NCBI GenBank assembly: GCA_965235115.1
Contig: OZ249440.1
Location: 24,428,001 to 24,492,000, forward strand
DNA length: 64,000 bases
Origin: Laetmonice hystrix
Taxonomy: Eukaryota
Reading direction: 5' to 3'
Both the position numbers and the translations under genes were made by a program. Positions 35,238 through 49,405 of the stretch are shown here, piece after piece. The stretch's first letter is position 1. The number at the start of each line of letters is the position of its first letter. Below the pieces are notes generated by a model. It worked only from the letters and a program-made list of their open reading frames with translations, ran no database searches and had not been told where the DNA came from.

Positions 35238-37645
35238 TATAAGAGTTACTGCGACTGACAATTTACCCGCAGTCTTATGACATAACTCCGCTAGGGGAGG
35301 ATCTCCACAGGGCCGATCTTCACGAAAACAACCACAATTCGGCTCACATCTATAACACCCTAGTCCCTACACACACAAAAAAAAAGCCCTAGAGCCCCAC
35401 ATGACCAAAAACATCGGCGATGTTGTAGATATATAGTTATGAGACGCGTACAAAAAGATGGCCCAAGGCGGGCACTCGTCTCAGGCCTGCACCAGGGCCA
35501 GATTCGTGTAACTCTCTATCAATGTTTGGGGCCAAACTCAAGCTCATGCATCCTAGTTTTTTGTTAAATTCTTCGGGCTTTGTGCAACGTAAAAAGGTTG
35601 TATTAGCTTCTGTAACCCGACAGGCAAAGCTGACAGAAAGTTGATATTAAGCTTTCACTGTATTTTATACATGTATCCAAAGGATTACCTAGAACATAGC
35701 TGCGAGCGTAAAAAAAACTTTGTACTTTGAAGCAAAATGAATTATTTATTGTTTAAAAGTATGTTTAAAATATGCCAGCATGGGGTAATCGGTTTTTGTT
35801 GTAAAAGGATAAGGAGTTGTATGCACAAATAACGAGAAGCGTGATAAGATGAGTCCATCAACACGCGCCGGCCAACTATGTCTGGATAATGGCCAAGTTC
35901 TCTTTCTCATTTAGAAGCCAAAAGAACCACTCAATCCTCAAATCCATATAAACCAGACATAGTGCTGAGGTTTTAACGTTTTTTTCACATTTCGGTGTAA
36001 AAATGAGGCGCATTCTATCATCTTGATGTGCTCTGAGGGCAGTGATACCGGTAAACAAATAAATGTACACAACAGTGACCTCTGGCGACGGGAGTGTGTA
36101 ACTCTCCCCCTGACAGCCGTGGCTTTGACAGTTGCAGTATTTACACGGTTGAAATGGACTGAAAAGCACCTGAAAAGGCACTTAATAGAGGCAATAGAAG
36201 CACCTAAATCATACGGTGCTCCACTTATCAGTTGGTGCCTTATCTTTGAGTGTTATTTGTTATCAGTGAGCACATACCGGTTTACACCCCGGATGTAGCG
36301 TTATCAGCGGCTCCCAGAGAAACTGTTTATAATGTGGTGTAATCCATTTACTGGAGAAGAATATACAAGTAGACGTCAGTGAGATGTCATACCGGTTGGA
36401 ATGGATTCCCTTTTGTGCCTTGGGTCTCTCAGGTCGCTGTGTGGTTATACAGATAAATAGGATAGTATCGGGGAACAGTTTATTGGCAGCCATTTCTAGA
36501 CTCGTCCAACAGGGTTAGTTCAGGAAACTGTATAAATTATAAAGAAAAATTTGTGCAGAGAGGGGTGGGAGTACAGAATACTGGAATGGCCTTTGAGGGT
36601 GTGCATCGATTTGGTATTGAAAAAGGCAACATCATCGAAATATATACTTATGAATTAAGGTTTTGAACAGCGTTCATTATACCAGTGTTTTGCATCCTTG
36701 CGCCATTCCACTATATGTATACAAGAAGAAAAGGTTCTACCCGGCATATTGGCTCGATACCCAGTGTCCATTCCATCCTTCGTGTTGGCTATGGCGCACG
36801 AGTCCGAAATGGATCAGAGGTCTGGATGGTGACAATCCCCAGACTTGATTGAAATGTCACTGACATAGATATCTAATAAATGTGTCGCGGACATCCGTCC
36901 AGAGATCAGACATATATTGTCACTAAGCTGATAAACCTGGCCTTGGCCTGGCCCCAGCAGGTGATAACGTGCAGGTGATTGCTCGCACCTGTGCTGGCCA
37001 CAGAAGGTCAAAGGTCACCGAGATGTGGGTTGTTGCTGACAATTTACAAAGTGGCCTCCTGTCTCTAATTTCCAACGTAAATACACGTGACTGGTGTGAT
37101 TAGAGTCTTGATGATGACGTTAGAACGCAGCTCCCAAACCCTGCTGAAAACCTTAGAATTTGGGATCTCAAAGTTTTGTCTTACTGCGTGAGTAAGTAGG
37201 CCTACTACAGCGAGTTCGAACAAGTCTTAGGAATATAGAACTAGAAAAATAAGATTTTATTTTAGATGAGATGAGCCCCTAAAAGTGCCTAAAGGTCGAA
37301 TGTCGGACAGTGACATGGGATCAGGGGTGATAGCGACCCGAACTTTGAAGATCAAGGATTGGAATTTGGAGGTCAAACAAGTGGGTGTGACCAGTCAGAG
37401 CAATTTTAGCTGGACCCTTCGGGATATCAAGAACACTTATTGCCGAGATCAGCGCAGGGACTTCATCGTTTCCATGGTAATTGGCCAAATGCGATTCAAA
37501 TTAGAACTGGCCCACTGGTTGAGCAGACACCGCAGGCCAGGACTAGGAACGGGTTAGAACTCAGCGGTGGGGCTGACCATGTCAACTAGCTGAAAACTTG
37601 AAAGGCATGATATACAAAAGCGGTGGGTTGTATTTGTCTTGTTAG

Positions 37646-37782
37646 CGTACAGACTGGGAGAGCTGTATTGGTATCAGGTGGGGTCCACTGCGGCATGTGT
37701 AGGCGATAATTTGTTGGTTTACTTCAGCCATGTGGAAGGCACCACGGGAGTCCAGAACTATTTCTGTCAAATGGACTGGTGA
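37646..37782 (+). CDS. Candidate terminal exon of an unidentified plus-strand gene
   Basis: Strong acceptor tgtatttgtcttgttag, then an open phase-1 frame YRLGELYWYQVGSTAACVGDNLLVYFSHVEGTTGVQNYFCQMDW*. Confidence 0.25.
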
Positions 37783-38765
37783 ACTTTGACCTTCCTGCAG
37801 CCAACAACGGATTCTTCGATGAGATATATCAAACCAATTGCGCCATCAAATCCACGTTCTCAGTTTTACTCGATGGCAGTTTGTTAAATCAGCAGAATGT
37901 TAAATAAGTCCCCTTTCCTCTGTTTGCACTATGTTTAATTGTTCGTATGAAACAGAGAGGTTGCAGATGATATGATAACGTGAGCTATATAATCTTCTAT
38001 AATTATTTCAGTTCTGAAACTCGGAGGGTTGTAAGTTGTAAGCACTGGCAAGGTCTCCCACATTATATTCAAGGTTTTTATTAGGAATGGAAGCCGTTAC
38101 TCAGTCAGTCATACCGTGAGAATCCTATCTAAGTATGTTTGCACTGATATAACATGTAACCTGAACCAATGACTTTAATAAGCTCTGCCAATTTCGGACG
38201 GATGTCTGATTCTGCTCTGGTGTGAATACCAGTTACTGCAAATAATCCTTGTCATTGCTCCAAGAACCCGGGTCTTCACATCTGGACGCCTTCCTACCCT
38301 GAGTCAGTCCGGAGATCTTACCCCCTGAGGGGGTAACAAGGGCGAAGTCAATTAGCGAGTGATCACAAGGGGTAATTTGTGTGGGGCAGATAGTCCTGGT
38401 AGAGTATTGGTTCCTGTATCAGTAACATGCCACTGTATAGAAGCGGAGAGATAGCCATGATTACTCAAGCTCACCCAAACTTCATGTAGGCATTAACGAT
38501 AAGGCCGACAGAGGCAAACAATCCCGGATGTGTTTCCATGACAACATGGCACACTCATTTGAGGATGCTCTGTATGATTGCATATTGACCACCTTTGGAC
38601 CCCATTGCCGGGCAGCTGAATTAAAACTCTCATGTCGCGGTTTAGTTTTGTAATCCCCATTGTTTGAACATGGACAGTGAATCACATCTATAGGCAGCAG
38701 TTTGATTGGTTTGGGAGATTCGGGATTTGAAACCGTATAGATAACTGTCACTTTATAATCCCTAA

Positions 38766-39220
38766 GGCTGAGTTCACATAGGAGTATACGGCACGGGTAT
38801 ACGGTGCACGTTTTGCAGGGCACGCGAATAGTTGAAATCGTACAATAGGATCTTATAATACCGGGTCACATCAGAGGGCACTATTCGAAAAGGCGTATAG
38901 TATAGTATAGTGGGAATCGTGCGCGTTCGATTTTAGTGCAGCGTATACCTTGGGGTGCCTGTGTGTAAAAGTTCAGCATTTACACAGTTCTTGATATTTT
39001 TTAACTAAATTTTCAGATCTAAGGGCCAATATATAGGGGTATTGACTCTGAAAATTTCAAAGAAATTAGTTCAAGAGGAGGGGCAGGGGGGCACCTTTCA
39101 ATTCATGTCGGGAATTAAGACACTGGCAGGCGTGACTCGCCGTGCCCGTATAGCGTATAGCGAATACCGAATAGCGAATACCGTATACCGTATACCGTAT
39201 ACTCCTATGTGAACTCAGCC
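38766..39220 (+). mobile_element. PIF/Harbinger-like MITE copy 1 (455 bp)
   Basis: TIR GGCTGAGTTCACATAGGAGTATACGG, TAA on both sides, subterminal GTATACG repeats. Confidence 0.9.
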
Positions 39221-39223
39221 TAA

Positions 39224-39678
39224 GGCTGAGTTCACATAGGAGTATACGGCACGGGTATACGGTGCACGTTTTGCAGGGCACGCGAATAGTTCAAATCGTA
39301 CAATAGGATCTTATAGTACCGGGTCACATCAGAGGGCACTATTCGAAAAGGCGTATAGTATAGTATAGTGGGAATCGTGCGTGTTCGATTTTAGTGCAGC
39401 GTATACCTTGGGGTGCCTGTGTTTAAAAGTTCAGCATTTATACATTTCTTGATATTTTTTAACAAAATTTTCAGATCTAAGGGCCGATATATAGGGGTAT
39501 TGCCTCTGAAAATTTCAAAGAAATCAGTTCAAGGGGAGGGGCAGGGGGGCACCTTTCAATTCATGTCGGGAATTAAGACACTGGCGGGCGTGACTCGCCG
39601 TGCCCGTATAGCGTATAGCGAATACCGAATAGCGAATACCGTATACCGTATACCGTATACTCCTATGTGAACTCAGCC
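39224..39678 (+). mobile_element. PIF/Harbinger-like MITE copy 2 (455 bp), sharing a TAA with copy 1
   Basis: Same TIRs; TAA at 39221-23 and 39679-81. Confidence 0.9.
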
Positions 39679-39800
39679 TAACTGACGCATACACTCTGGA
39701 TGCCTGCACGCCCTGCCTATAGTTGATGATATACAGTATGTCCCCAAAAATGATAGTATGTGTTCCGTTGTCAAAAAGAGATACTGGTTGTGATCAGTAA

Positions 39801-40255
39801 GGCTGAGTTCACATAGGAGTATACGGTATACGGTATACGGTATTCGCTATTCGGTATTCGCTATACGCTATACGGGCACGGCGAGTCACGCCCGCCAGTG
39901 TCTTAATTCCCGACATGAATTGAAAGGTGCCCCCTTGCCCCTCCCCTTGAACTGATTTCTTTGAAATTTTCAGAGTCAATACCCCTATATATCGGCCCTT
40001 AGATCTGAAAATTTAGTTAAAAAATATCAAGAACTGTGTAAATGCTGAACTTTTAAACACAGGCACCCCAAGGTATACGCTGCACTAAAATCGAACACGC
40101 ACGATTCCCACTATACTATACTATACGCCTTTTCGAATAGTGCCCTCTGATGTGACCCGGTATTATAAGATCTTATTGTACGATTTAAGCTATTCGCGTG
40201 CCCTGCAAAACGTGCACCGTATACCCGTGCCGTATACTCCTATGTGAACTCAGCC
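39801..40255 (-). mobile_element. PIF/Harbinger-like MITE copy 3 (455 bp), inverted
   Basis: Reverse complement of copies 1 and 2; flanks TAA (39798-800) and TTA (40256-58). Confidence 0.9.
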
Positions 40256-43200
40256 TTATGCGTGACCCTGTCAACACCAAACTTGCGGAGAGTTATCTAG
40301 GGGGATCAAACGTTATGTTCAACTTCAACTTCAAAATTCAAAATTCGACAATCCTCTAAAATATCTAAGTGTATTGCACACCTAAAGTTAGACTATCATT
40401 TTTAGCAGAAAACTCCTGTATGGATCGTGCGAAGAGCACAGGGACCACATTATAAAATTCTAACACAGAAATGTTACTGTAAAATATAAAGGCATATTAA
40501 GCATGCAATGAACAATAGATTGGCTGCTTTATTAAGCAGCTTTCTTGTATTAATAAATATATTTTCCTTTTTTTAATTTATCCTTGATGCAGGAATTAGA
40601 CAGCCAGCTTACCGTGTCCCGTAGAATGGGTAGAGAAAGCCTAAAGTCAGAACTTATCATGTTATATGTCAGAACTTTTCATGTTATATGTCCGATCATG
40701 TAACACGTCTGTCTGTAACCTATGGGTGGTGTTTTATGATAAATGTTTGTCCGCAAGGCGTCGTTCTTTAAGTATACCCACCCCTGGGCCTGCCAGTGGT
40801 GAGCACCGACTGGTAACCAATACTTCTTTCTGCGAGCTGTACAAAAAAATGTGTAAAACTACGTGAAGGCTGGAGAGGTATAGCGTCTTAATGCGCATGT
40901 CCTCTATAGCAAAGTAATTCATGAGGATACCTGCATAAAAATCATTCGTAAACAAATATTTTTATTTTATTACTCGTTTTGCTGCCTTTCACATCATGGT
41001 ATTGGTATGCACACCAGTCCCGAGTCAGAATGCACAATTTTGTTTTGTAGAAATACTAATAGGTCTATAGAATTGAAAGAAGCAGTGCAGTTCATTATGA
41101 GGTTTCCAACTAATCAGTGATTGGTTGTGCTGGGTTGCTGCAGCCCGCAACCATTGCCCGGCCACGTCTTTGGCCGTCACGGAGCACGGACCTCAGTGAA
41201 GACACCCGCGGGCACACTCAAAGCCCTCAGCCTCAGGCCCTGTCGGACCTGCCCTTTGATCGTATCGCCCCTGTTAGCTGGACATCATTCTCTCCTTACA
41301 TTAAGGATTACATAATGCAAAACACAGCTCCTCTCGGCTCGTTTGGAAGAAAATGCCTGGCCTTTGCGGAGGTGTTGAGAAAGGTGTACGAGGCCCGGGG
41401 GTGGTCGGGGGTAAGGTTAATGGATGGGTTGTCCCACAGGGGGGCAGCGATTAGAGCTAATGATTGGGCACAACGGGCGCAAAGCTCGGACGTGCCCATC
41501 AATTGGCGTGCGGATCACGTCATATTGGGCCTCCACAGGGGGAAACCCGCACATTATGACAGGCAGAGAAACGGTGAACAAACAAACTCGCAGACTATGT
41601 TATGTGTTTTGTAAAGTACCAAAGTTTTGCTAATGTTTCTTTGCGAGCAGTCCCTGCATGCAGAGATTTTGCGGCACATCATATATAGCTATTTAACGAC
41701 CTTTTGAAGGACTTTTGGTATTCATTGCATGAAGCCGTCTTGATTCCAACGATCCATTATATTTAGATCAAATTCCGAATTGGTGTAAATAGCTAGAGGT
41801 AAGCTATAACCTGCTGGGCAAACCTGCATGAAGTGAGGCGGAACTAATGTGAAGTTCATGACACTGGTCATTGGCAACTCAATGTGTCGTGTTCGGACCT
41901 CCTAGAGGTGCATCAGTCATTGAGCTGTCTGTCGCTTGGCGGAGTTTGACGGAGGCAAGGGTTTTGTATTTAAGGAGGTAGTTTAGGGTTAGGTGTTACA
42001 CCCTAAATTGATCCATTATCGAGTAGGCGACAGTAGCTCGCGGCTGGATAATTCCGAACTAGGGATGCGGACAGGTGAACGAGGGCCGAGTCCGCCGGGC
42101 TCCTACAGACTCTGGTCCGAGTAATCAGGGGGTAAATCATATACCCTTCCCAGGGTGTGGAACTCCTGCTGCTCTGATACTCCCCCACAGCCCTGTTGAA
42201 TTCGTACCCCTGGAATTTCTACCCCTACTGGGTCGCAATATCTACCCTATCAACAGGCGGTCGATCCTTTGTTGGTGGTAGCCTTGTGACGGGGATGTTC
42301 TCCACGGGAGAGATGTTTCCACCCGAGGTCATGTAGTCAGGACGTGTCACCGAGCACAGCGCCACACCGCGGCGACACGCCCAGCAGGGCGGAAGGAGGG
42401 GCAGGCTGATGGCAGAGTTAATTAAGATCATTCTAATTTATCTCCGCACGGTCTGGGTGATGAGAAAACGTCGTGAATGGAGGCATTGGGCCGAGGCACT
42501 TTGAATGGGCCGGGAATGCGATGGTGATGATTCGGGAAAACGTGAGGCGATCTCTTATCTTTTCCCCATTTGTTGTTTGCGTGAAAACATCCCGCGAACT
42601 AACAGCACTTTTTTTGTTGGACCAGGGATAAAGCGAGCGCTGCCCGGAATTTTAAAGTGTAGGTCTGAACATTCAATCTTCTTGTCTAGAAAACTCCATC
42701 TATTTCAAAAGGAAATCACACAATTGTTGGATTCATCGTGTCGGATTTATGAAGAAAGAAATACACTTGATTTGCCGGATAAAAAAACTGTTGATATTGT
42801 ATGACCAGGGCCCATGGCATAGTTTGTAACCTTTTCCCTTTACGTTTAGCAGCGTTGGAGTAGTCACGTCTGCGCGACGAAAGCGGATTGTTACTACTAG
42901 CGTAATTCAAGTTGAGTGAATCAAAAGTGGGAAAAACCATTTCGTCTGACACCGTTGCTGGCAGGCAGCGCCAGCTTGATGTGTTTCAACGCATAAACCT
43001 TCGCTGAAAAAAGGGAATGGTGTCTTGGCAGTGGACGCAGGCTGTTGAGCAGTATTCTTAAGTAGTTTTGAAGTGTCCCCCTGCCGGGGTGGTGTGGATG
43101 GGAGTCAAGTATAGGGGTGTATAGGGGTGTGGACGGGTGTTAATGATGACACCCGGTGCTGTCATTGTCAGGTGTCTGCCTGGGTTTGGAGATTGTTCGT

Positions 43201-44494
43201 GGTCAATGAGGCCTGATCAGTTTATTACACCTTTAGAGAGCCAGTGAGGTCAGCCACCACGTGTTTGAGAGAGAGTCCTCGCTGCTCGCCGCCCACACCG
43301 ACACTCCACCGTCGACAACCTGCAGCCACTGTTGGCCCCGTTCATCTGCTATCAACGAGCGCTGCTGATAGTATGTATAACACTCAATCGTTTTCACTTC
43401 ATCAAACCACCCAGCGAAATCAGGAGCTGCTAATATAGAATCGACACTGTGGAGGAGTATAGGGGGCAGTGTCGACATCAGAGCCCTCGTGGGCTGGGGG
43501 CTCAGAGTAGAGTAATCAGACAGTACTTGACACTTCAGTCCAGTTTCTACAGGTATAGGATCCTGTCGCCTGGCGCTGTAAAGGTAGGCCGATATGTTGT
43601 GGATCTATTCTTCATGCGACAAATACAAATAGCCGCATGTGTGTCTGTGTATCAACCATGGTGCGATACTCTAAAAAAACTCCTTTAATTATATATAGTA
43701 TACTATACAAGGATGTTCCTTGCTACCTTTATGTAGGACGTCGAGGATATGTTTAGGTATTGAGCACTAACTTCTCGTGTATACTCAGGCCGGGTAAGTT
43801 TGAAATGTCTGTTTAAAAAACATGTTTATATCCATACCTTGGTATGTATTTTTTTTGTCGTCTGTTGACTCATGTCCACACCTGGATTTCTTAAAAGTAT
43901 ACTATGGTGTACGCAGCTGGTGGAGGGCCGACCAACATGACCGTAACCATGAGCGGGTAGCACCAGTTTTTGGCTGACAGTCTGTATATATACCAGTGGT
44001 GGCGTACCGTTAGATGGCATGTGTTTTTGTGCCGTGTGGTTTCGCCGGAAAACACATGGACAGCCGTGGATCGTCAGGCTGTGAGCCAATCGATGTTTTG
44101 CAGCCGCTATAGAACGGGACACTGTCCCAATCAACGGAGGGGAACTATACTGTCTGAGGGTCTGCTTTAATTTAGACCTGGCCAGAGAATGAGGCCTTTT
44201 AGTATTGATGGAAATAATGTATGGTCTGGTAGATTTATGAAGTGACACGTCCTTGCGCACTTCCCTTTCGGCACTGAACAGCAATACGCCTTTTTTTTCT
44301 TCGTAATATATGAGTATATTTATTTGCGAAAGAAGTTACAGTGTGAAATAGGCGGATGGTTCGCTTAGTGCCAGGAGAATTGTTTGGGTTGGTCGGGGGC
44401 TTGAGGTTTGGTGGGAAGGGAGATTGGTGAGGTTGGTTTGGTGGAGAAGATCGGTTGGATTGGTAAACAGGCCGGGTTGCCTGGGTTGTTAGTG

Positions 44495-45432
44495 AAGGAT
44501 TGGTTTAGTTGTTGGTGAAGGATTGGTTTAGTTGGTGGGGAAGGATTGGTTTAGTTGGTGGGGAAGGATTGGTTTAGTTGGTGGGGAAGGATTGGTTTAG
44601 TTGGTGGGGAAGGATTGGTTTAGTTGGTGGGGAAGGATTGGTTTAGTTGGTGGGGAAGGATTGGTTTAGTTGGTGGGGAAGGATTGGTTTAGTTGGTGGG
44701 GAAGGATTGGTTTAGTTGGTGGGGAAGGATTGGTTTAGTTGGTGGGAAAGGATTGGTTTAGTTGGTGGTGAAGGATTGGTTTAGTTGGTGGTGAAGGATT
44801 GGTTTAGTTGCATGATGGGAAAGGATTGGTTTAGTTGCATGATGGGAAAGGATTGGTTTAGTTGGTGGGGAAGGATTGGTTTAGTTGGTGGGGAAGGATT
44901 GGTTTAGTTGGTGGGGAAGGATTGGTTTAGTTGGTGGGGAAGGATTGGTTTAGTTGGTGGGGAAGGATTGGTTTAGTTGGTGGGGAAGGATTGGTTTAGT
45001 TGGTGGGGAAGGATTGGTTTAGGCGGTGGGGAAGGATTGGTTTAGTTGTTGGTGAAGGATTGGTTTAGTTGGTGGGGAAGGATTGGTTTAGTTGTTGGTG
45101 AAGGATTGGTTTAGTTGGTGGGGAAGGATTGGTTTAGTTGGTGGGGAAGGATTGGTTTAGTTGGTGGGGAAGGATTGGTTTAGGCGGTGGGGAAGGATTG
45201 GTTTAGGCGGTGGGGAAGGATTGGTTTAGGCAGTGGGGAAGGATTGGTTTAGGCAGTGGGGAAGGATTGGTTTAGGCGGTGGGGAAGGATTGGTTTAGGC
45301 GGTAAGGAAGGTTTGGTTTAGTTGGTGGGGAAGGATTGGTTTAATTGGTGGGGTAGGATTGGTTTAGTTGGTGGGGTAGGATTGGTTTAGTTGGTGGGGT
45401 AGGATTGGTTTAGTTGGTGGGGTAGGATTGGT
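44495..45432. repeat. 23-bp minisatellite (gattggtttagttggtggggaag), about 40 copies
   Basis: Read directly. Confidence 0.97.
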
Positions 45433-46639
45433 AAGGTCAGTGAGGTGGACCGCTTGGATGTCCCTCAGAACCGGGAGGAGGGTATACCGTTCAGGAGTCG
45501 TCACCCAAGCCGTCCTGATCTGCAGACAGACTCGCTCAGACTCATGCTCCCATCTCGAGTGGGAATACTGGAGGCGGCCCGTCCTGTGGTCATCACACGG
45601 TGAGGGTCAGGGACCCGTGTAGTCGCCGGCCTCGCGGGGATCAATACCAGGGGCCAGTCACCGAGCTTTGGACGGGGGTAACTCTTGCTACGGAACCTTT
45701 TCTCAGATGCAACTCAGAGAAACCCCTCTTAAAGAGGCTCGGGAGATGGAAGCCCAAGATGATTATACATTAGGGCCTGAATGTTAATTAAACTAGTTTT
45801 TAATTAAGATCGTCATAATTATGATCGCGTATCAGGCCGGAGTTTATGATTAAGTAGTATAAGAAATGCATGTACATGTAAACTATAAAATGATTTTATA
45901 TATCATGGAAACCCATAATCTGTACAAAAAGGGACAATTCTATACTCGTACTAAGAATGGCTTACACTAGTGAGACGCAGTGGTACTATCGTTCTTATTG
46001 TGTATTCAGGAGCGCACGCGGAACTCATTTTTTCAACCCCGCTTTACGTGTCATATAAAAATGTATTTGGAAATGATGAAGTGCTAGTATGTTTGCAGCG
46101 GTGCGCTACTGATTCGATCACTTCACCCATTCTGTCGGAAGACAGCGCGCGTAATCTTTTACGGACGCAAAGTTAACGAGTTGGAAAACTCGGCCGCCCT
46201 CTTGGCCCTTGTCACTATTTATTTCCGTGATTTTCACTATAGTTCAACCAAACACGAGATGAAATCTTTATGATAAATGCCGCCGTGAGTAACACCCCCC
46301 CCCCCCCCGGGGAAATTGATAACAAATTTTTGTTTACCCTTTCACTGAGATTCAGAAACCGACGGGTTTGTAGAAGCATTTGGTGTTGGCTGGGACGGGG
46401 GCCATTTCATAAAGGCGGGGGCAGGAACACAGGTCGGTGATGGGAGGCTGAAGATTTAATCCTCAGCCAGCCCAGCCGCAGGCCAAGTGGCCACCAAATG
46501 TTGACGGCTGAAGGTGTGTGCCCCGCTCGCCTGGGCGCGTCTGTCTATCCATCATTGCATGCAGACATCGGGAGACGAGCAGGATTGTCCTCTTGGTACG
46601 ATTATCGGGATCTGCAGGCCTGCCTCCGGGATGAACGTG

Positions 46640-47155
46640 GACCCAGGGGACGGACCTGAGGGGGCTTGAGCCAAGGGCTGAACCCAAGGGCTGAACCCAA
46701 GGTGCTGGACCCAGGGGAAGGACCTGAGGGGGCATGAGCCAAGGGCTGAACCCAAGGGCTGAACCCAAGGTGCTGAGCCCAGGGGCAGGACTCGAGGTGG
46801 CTTGAGCCAAGGGCTGAACCAGAGATGCTGGACCCAGGGGCAGGACTCGAGGGGGCTTGGGCCAAGGGCTGAACCCAAGCTGCTGAACCCAGGGGAAGGA
46901 CCTGAGGGGGCTTGAGCCAAGGGCTGAACCCAAGGTGCTGAACCCAGGGGCAGGACCTGAGGGGGCTTGAGCCAAGGGCTGAACCCAAGGTGCTGAACCC
47001 AGGGGCAGGACCTGAGGGGGCTTGAGCCAAGGGCTGAACCCAAGGTGCTGAACCTAGGGGAAGGACTCGAGGGGGCTCGAGTCAAGGGCTGAACCCAAGG
47101 TGCTGAACCCAGGGGAAGGACCTGAGGGGGCTTGAGCCAAGGGCTGAACCCAAGG
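46640..47155. repeat. About 58-bp minisatellite (ccaggggcaggacctgagggggcttgagccaagggctgaacccaaggtgctgaac), about 8 copies
   Basis: Read directly; some units carry an internal duplication of caagggctgaacc. Confidence 0.92.
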
Positions 47156-47261
47156 GGGTGGACGGAGACGCTCCCTGGGCCGACCGGCGAGACTGAACGT
47201 TGGGCCCGGGGCTTAGTACACGCACCGCCGTGGACTGTGAAGGCTGCATGCTGACTCTTCC

Positions 47262-49405
47262 TGTGTGTACCTGTGACGGTGATCCAGGTGGGTGGCTCAC
47301 TCTACCTGTGTGTGTACCTGTGACGGTGATCCAGGTGGGTGGCTCACTCTACCTGTGTGTACCTGTGACGGTGATCCAGGTGGGTGGCTCACTCTACCTG
47401 TGTGTACCTGTGACGGTGATCCAGGTGGGTGGCTCACTCTACCTGTGTGTACCTGTGACGGTGATCCAGGTGGGTGGCTCACTCTACCTGTGTGTACCTG
47501 TGACGGTGATCCAGGTGGGTGGCTCACTCTACCTGTGTGTACCTGTGACGGTGATCCAGGTGGGTGGCTCACTCTACCTGTGTGTACCTGTGACGGTGAT
47601 CCAGGTGGGTGGCTCACTCTACCTGTGTGTACCTGTGACGGTGATCCAGGTGGGTGGCTGACTCTACCTGTGTGTACCTGTGACGGTGATCCAGGTGGGT
47701 GGCTCACTCTACCTGTGTGTACCTGTGACGGTGATCCAGGTGGGTGGCTGACTCTACCTGTGTGTACCTGTGACGGTGATCCAGGTGGGTGGCTCACTCT
47801 ACCTGTGTGTACCTGTGACGGTGATCCAGGTGGGTGGCTCACTCTACCTGTGTGTACCTGTGACGGTGATCCAGGTGGGTGGCTGACTCTACCTGTGTGT
47901 ACCTGTGACGGTGATCCAGGTGGGTGGCTGACTCTACCTGTGTGTACCTGTGACGGTGATCCAGGTGGGTGGCTGACTCTACCTGTGTGTACCTGTGACG
48001 GTGATCCAGGTGGGTGGCTCACTCTACCTGTGTGTACCTGTGACGGTGATCCAGGTGGGTGGCTCACTCTACCTGTGTGTACCTGTGACGGTGATCCAGG
48101 TGGGTGGCTCACTCTACCTGTGTGTACCTGTGACGGTGATCCAGGTGGGTGGCTCACTCTACCTGTGTGTACCTGTGACGGTGATCCAGGTGGGTGGCTC
48201 ACTCTACCTGTGTGTACCTGTGACGGTGATCCAGGTGGGTGGCTCACTCTACCTGTGTGTACCTGTGACGGTGATCCAGGTGGGTGGCTCACTCTACCTG
48301 TGTGTACCTGTGACGGTGATCCAGGTGGGTGGCTGACTCTACCTGTGTGTACCTGTGACGGTGATCCAGGTGGGTGGCTGACTCTACCTGTGTGTACCTG
48401 TGACGGTGATCCAGGTGGGTGGCTGACTCTACCTGTGTGTACCTGTGACGGTGATCCAGGTGGGTGGCTGACTCTACCTGTGTGTACCTGTGACGGTGAT
48501 CCAGGTGGGTGGCTGACTCTACCTGTGTGTACATGTGACGGTGATCCAGGTGGGTGGCTGACTCTACCTGTGTGTACCTGTGACGGTGATCCAGGTGGGT
48601 GGCTGACTCTACCTGTGTGTACCTGTGACGGTGATCCAGGTGGGTGGCTGACTCTACCTGTGTGTACCTGTGACGGTGATCCAGGTGGGTGGCTCACTCT
48701 ACCTGTGTGTACCTGTGACGGTGATCCAGGTGGGTGGCTGACTCTACCTGTGTGTACCTGTGACGGTGATCCAGGTGGGTGGCTCACTCTACCTGTGTGT
48801 ACCTGTGACGGTGATCCAGGTGGGTGGCTCACTCTACCTGTGTGTACCTGTGACGGTGATCCAGGTGGGTGGCTCACTCTACCTGTGTGTACCTGTGACG
48901 GTGATCCAGGTGGGTGGCTGACTCTACCTGTGTGTACCTGTGACGGTGATCCAGGTGGGTGGCTGACTCTACCTGTGTGTACCTGTGACGGTGATCCAGG
49001 TGGGTGGCTCACTCTACCTGTGTGTACCTGTGACGGTGATCCAGGTGGGTGGCTCACTCTACCTGTGTGTACCTGTGACGGTGATCCAGGTGGGTGGCTC
49101 ACTCTACCTGTGTGTACCTGTGACGGTGATCCAGGTGGGTGGCTCACTCTACCTGTGTGTACCTGTGACGGTGATCCAGGTGGGTGGCTCACTCTACCTG
49201 TGTGTACCTGTGACGGTGATCCAGGTGGGTGGCTCACTCTACCTGTGTGTACCTGTGACGGTGATCCAGGTGGGTGGCTCACTCTACCTGTGTGTACCTG
49301 TGACGGTGATCCAGGTGGGTGGCTCACTCTACCTGTGTGTGTACCTGTGACGGTGATCTAGGTGGGTGGCTCACTCTACCTGTATGTACCTGTGATCCAG
49401 GTGGG
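47262..49405. repeat. Homogeneous 45-bp minisatellite (gtgatccaggtgggtggctcactctacctgtgtgtacctgtgacg), about 46 copies
   Basis: Near-perfect array with a c/g variant site. Source of the 689-aa and 676-aa repeat ORFs. Confidence 0.98.

Noticed and set aside
41117-41614. 165-aa ORF as DIRS/Ngaro gag remnant or exon
   Set aside because: Only vague resemblance; no RT or tyrosine recombinase nearby and no terminal repeats. An internal exon reading (donor GTAAGG near 41411) is possible but unsupported.
42950-43085. Kinase-like words on the minus strand (GTLQNYLK, KVYALKHIKL)
   Set aside because: Different frames, wrong order for kinase subdomains, and no other motifs found.
47292-49361. 689-aa and 676-aa ORFs as real proteins
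   Set aside because: By-products of a stop-free 45-bp (3n) unit, open in several frames on both strands.
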